Both the position numbers and the translations under genes were made by a program. DNA of 64,000 nucleotides from Strigamia acuminata. Taxonomy: Eukaryota. The stretch is taken from contig OX442314.1 of the NCBI GenBank assembly GCA_949358305.1, forward strand, positions 21,638,001-21,702,000. The letters run 5' to 3'. Of this stretch, positions 60,845 to 64,000 are shown one piece after another (positions within the stretch are counted from its first letter, which is position 1; the number at the start of each line of letters is the position of its first letter). The notes under the pieces were generated by a model. It made no database searches. It saw only the letters and a program-made list of their open reading frames with translations, and was not told where the DNA came from.

Positions 60845-61764
60845 TCCTGTGAGATTATGTGTGCATTAGATTGTTAGTTTTCACAAACACGTTTTTTTTT
60901 TTAAAAAAAAATTTAGTTCTTTATTCCAATAAATAATTGTGTTTTGAATTAAAAATCTAATTTTTTAGAAGTTGAATTATCGTCTTGGATCATAAAGTTT
61001 TCATTTCCTCTATTTTGGGAGTCTCACCCCAGGACACCTCAATTCAAGTGACTTGGCAACTTTTTTTTTTACATATAAATGAAGACTGAAGTCGAAGTAA
61101 AAACAGTTTGACCCTGCTGATCTTCACTTACTGCTTCCGACCCGGATACACAGATAATTTCCATGCGTTTATGGTTGACAAATAAGTGAATTTGAGCTGG
61201 ATTTCGTGAAACAGTATATCAACACCCACTACCAGTAACCATCATATACAGGTCATAAATCCATTCTTTTCTTTCAAGTCCGCCCTCGTCTGCCAGTCTT
61301 TCACTAAAGATTAATACAAAACATCCAAAACACTTCTATATACTGTCTATTTTTATATTTCTGATTTTTTAAAACAAATCAAATAGAAAATTTAGAATAA
61401 AATAAAAATTAACAATTCGCTAAATCTTCAGATAAAATTTGCTATTTTTTTTCAGGTTTTTTCCACTTGCCCAGCTACAAAATCCTGACTAATATCCTTC
61501 AATAAATACATTTTAAAATTAGATTTGTAAGCGATGAAAACCACAGGAAATACACTTGAATTATTGGGTACGCAGTCAACCTCTCTATATTCTTTTTTTT
61601 TTTCCATTTCCGTGTTTTGCCATCCAAACTCACTGATTTTTAAAATATGTCCATAAAAATTAGATACACCTCACAAAAGGTAGGATTTTAGATTGATTAC
61701 AAAAAATATATAGATATTTCGTTTAAAATTTGCCTTCTCTCAGCTTTCTAGTAATGTTCCTGTC

Positions 61765-62220
61765 ATGACACCGTATTTACTCCTCCTTATCATATTTCTG
61801 TCCTCAATTGTCGGTACATGTGCTCTTGGTTTATTCTGTTTAAGCTTGAAAAATTTCTGCTCACCCAAAAAACCACTTGATCGAAACGTTTTAATCTCGC
61901 AGTCAAAAAAGTTTCGTAGACTTTCTCGATTGTGTAGACAAGAATCGAGTTTAGGAAATTGGGGAAACATTGACGACGTCATCCCACCATCGCCCATCAT
62001 GTTGAGCGGCGCTTCCAACTACCCTTTTGTCGACAAAAAGCATTTTTCCGACTATTACGGCAGTTCACGAAGTATTCGAACGAGCAAATTGGCCACGATT
62101 TCCCGTGTAGTTTCAATTGACGCGGCTGCGGCAACAAATGAAGCGGTGCAAATTCAAATTGAGGAGTGTCGAGATATAGATAATGTAAAGAATGGCGAAG
62201 AGAAAACAACATCATTTTGA
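61765..62220 (+). CDS. Possible small single-pass membrane protein or terminal coding exon
   Basis: 151-aa ORF with an N-terminal hydrophobic helix and a Ser/Arg-rich tail (RQES); acceptor TTCTCTCAG at 61743; no recognised family. Confidence 0.4.
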   Translation: MTPYLLLLIIFLSSIVGTCALGLFCLSLKNFCSPKKPLDRNVLISQSKKFRRLSRLCRQESSLGNWGNIDDVIPPSPIMLSGASNYPFVDKKHFSDYYGSSRSIRTSKLATISRVVSIDAAAATNEAVQIQIEECRDIDNVKNGEEKTTSF

Positions 62221-62376
62221 TATCCATGAGCGACCAAGCACAAAAAGAGAAAATGATTCAGATATTAGTTCGGATAATGATCGGTTGATGAATTTTGAGG
62301 TCATTAACTTGAGCCCTTCAAACATGGACTAATTTTTATACTTTTTTCCTTTTAATTTTGTTGCTTTGGTTTTGAA

Positions 62377-63608
62377 ATTATTATTATTATTGTTTATTTT
62401 CCAAAAGAAGGGTGCCCCCCAACAGCCGAAGCCTACAGGGGGGGGACACCCATCAAACCACCTAAACAACCATCGTCAATTACAAAAACAAAAAGAGATC
62501 AAAAAAAAAAAAAAAAAAAATCATAATTCAAAATAGAACATCAAAAGAAACACAACAGCAAAAACAAAAAATCAAAATTAAAATTACATTAAATCAGCAT
62601 CAAGACCCAACAACAAAAGCATGCTCAATACCAGAGAGAGTACAATTAAAAATGTCAATATCACCCAAAAAGACATTAACGCTCCGTAATAAACGCCCAA
62701 CAGGGGAGTAAGAGTTAGAAACAGAGAAAGTAACACGTGGGGTGCGCAACTCCCTCCCCACCCAAGGAACATTAAAGTGCAAGCAAGATAACAGACAGGG
62801 AGCCACGACCTTGCCACTGATCAAACGAAAAACGAAAATGCAGTCAAGAAGAATCATATGGGAACCAACAGAACGCAAACCCAAAGCCACGAGCACCTCC
62901 GAATAAGAATAATTAAATAGGTGATAAAAATATCTCCTATAAATCATCCAAGCAAAATTACGTTGCAGCCCCTCGAGACGGTTAAGCAGATAGACAGCAC
63001 AGCCCCTCCAAACCAAAGACGAAAACAAAATACGAGAACGAACCAAAGAAATAAACAACAAGCGAAGCGGACCCGGAGACGTAAAAACAAAAGAGAGACG
63101 AAAGAGAATGCCCAAAACCCTCGTACACTCACCGACCAATCGATTAACATGATTTCTAAAGATAAAACAATCATCGAAAGTCACACCCAGATCCCTTATC
63201 ACCGAACGTCGTGGAATCAAAACACCACCCAACGTGTAGGGATGCAAAAGCTTCACAGCACGACGGGAGAAAGAAAGCACTACTGACTTGTTGACATTTA
63301 GGCTCATGCAGTTTGCATCAGTCCAACATTGTACTCTATTCAAATAACGCTGCAGATCCTCGCAATCCCCAACAGTATCAATGCTGCGGCCCAACTTGGT
63401 ATCATCCGCAAAGAACGAGTGGGACAGACCACGAAGAAAGTAGGATAAATCGTTGATAAACAGCTTGAACAACACAGGACCCAGAATAGAACCCTGTGGG
63501 ACACCAGAATTAGTCACGTAACAACTTGACGTAGTAACCCCATTACACTTAAGAAAGTTATTCCTCCGACCTAAATAACTAGCAAACCACTTAATAAAAC
63601 GCGGGGAA
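62377..63608 (-). mobile_element. 5'-truncated non-LTR retrotransposon (CR1/L2-group-like LINE)
   Basis: RT C-terminal half KWFASYL..GVPQGSILGPVLF..FADDTK..IRDLGV (ORF ends at 62600). 3'UTR has a GGGTG..C-run/G-run..CACCC stem-loop, AATAAA and an (AAT)n tail. Confidence 0.9.
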
Positions 63609-64000
63609 ATCAGTTACAACTGAGGAAGGAAATTAGATAATGCATATTTTCTTCCTATTTATTTATTATACATATATTATCTTAAAGTGAATGATTGAAT
63701 ATTGATGTTAGTAAATTAAACATGTAATTTCCATAAAATTAAATAAATGTAGGCTATAATTATAATAATTATAATTATAAGTTGAAAAAATGTATAATTC
63801 TGATTGCAAAATGCAAACAATAATAATTTAGTAATATTCACACAAACAAATAGTTTAAACTTTTTTATTCCATGTTATTCGTATGGGAGACAATTTTTAG
63901 CACGCGCAGCAAAGCAGCCAAGTTCCAGGGGCAGCACAACAAACTCATTTTTTCAAAAAACTCTTCAGTTTAATAAGAAAAACAATTGTATTTTCACGAA

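Overview
AT-rich animal genomic DNA, most likely an arthropod such as a myriapod or chelicerate (inferred from the MBD-bearing Copia elements). The host layer is a tandem array of eight + strand TMEM45/DUF716 genes with intronless CDSs: seven intact and one frameshifted mosaic pseudogene. A six-exon DEG/ENaC channel gene lies between the last two copies. Upstream of the pseudogene, about 22.6 kb of nested transposons have accumulated. (i) A full-length Ty1/Copia element with non-canonical TA...TA LTRs sits inside a CpG-rich MITE. (ii) A DIRS1-type tyrosine-recombinase retrotransposon has intact ITRs, an ICR and an apparent spliceosomal intron in ORF1. It hosts a hAT derivative, a young non-autonomous Copia-derived element (identical LTRs, ~1000-aa ORF with a dead integrase) and a second, truncated Copia. 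Both autonomous-type Copia elements carry a methyl-CpG-binding domain (MBD) between integrase and RT. A deletion has fused the second one in frame to the DIRS recombinase, giving an 861-codon integrase-C/MBD/partial-RT/tyrosine-recombinase ORF. Several MITEs, two solo LTRs and a 5'-truncated LINE are also present. All alignments were done by eye; no database searches were run.
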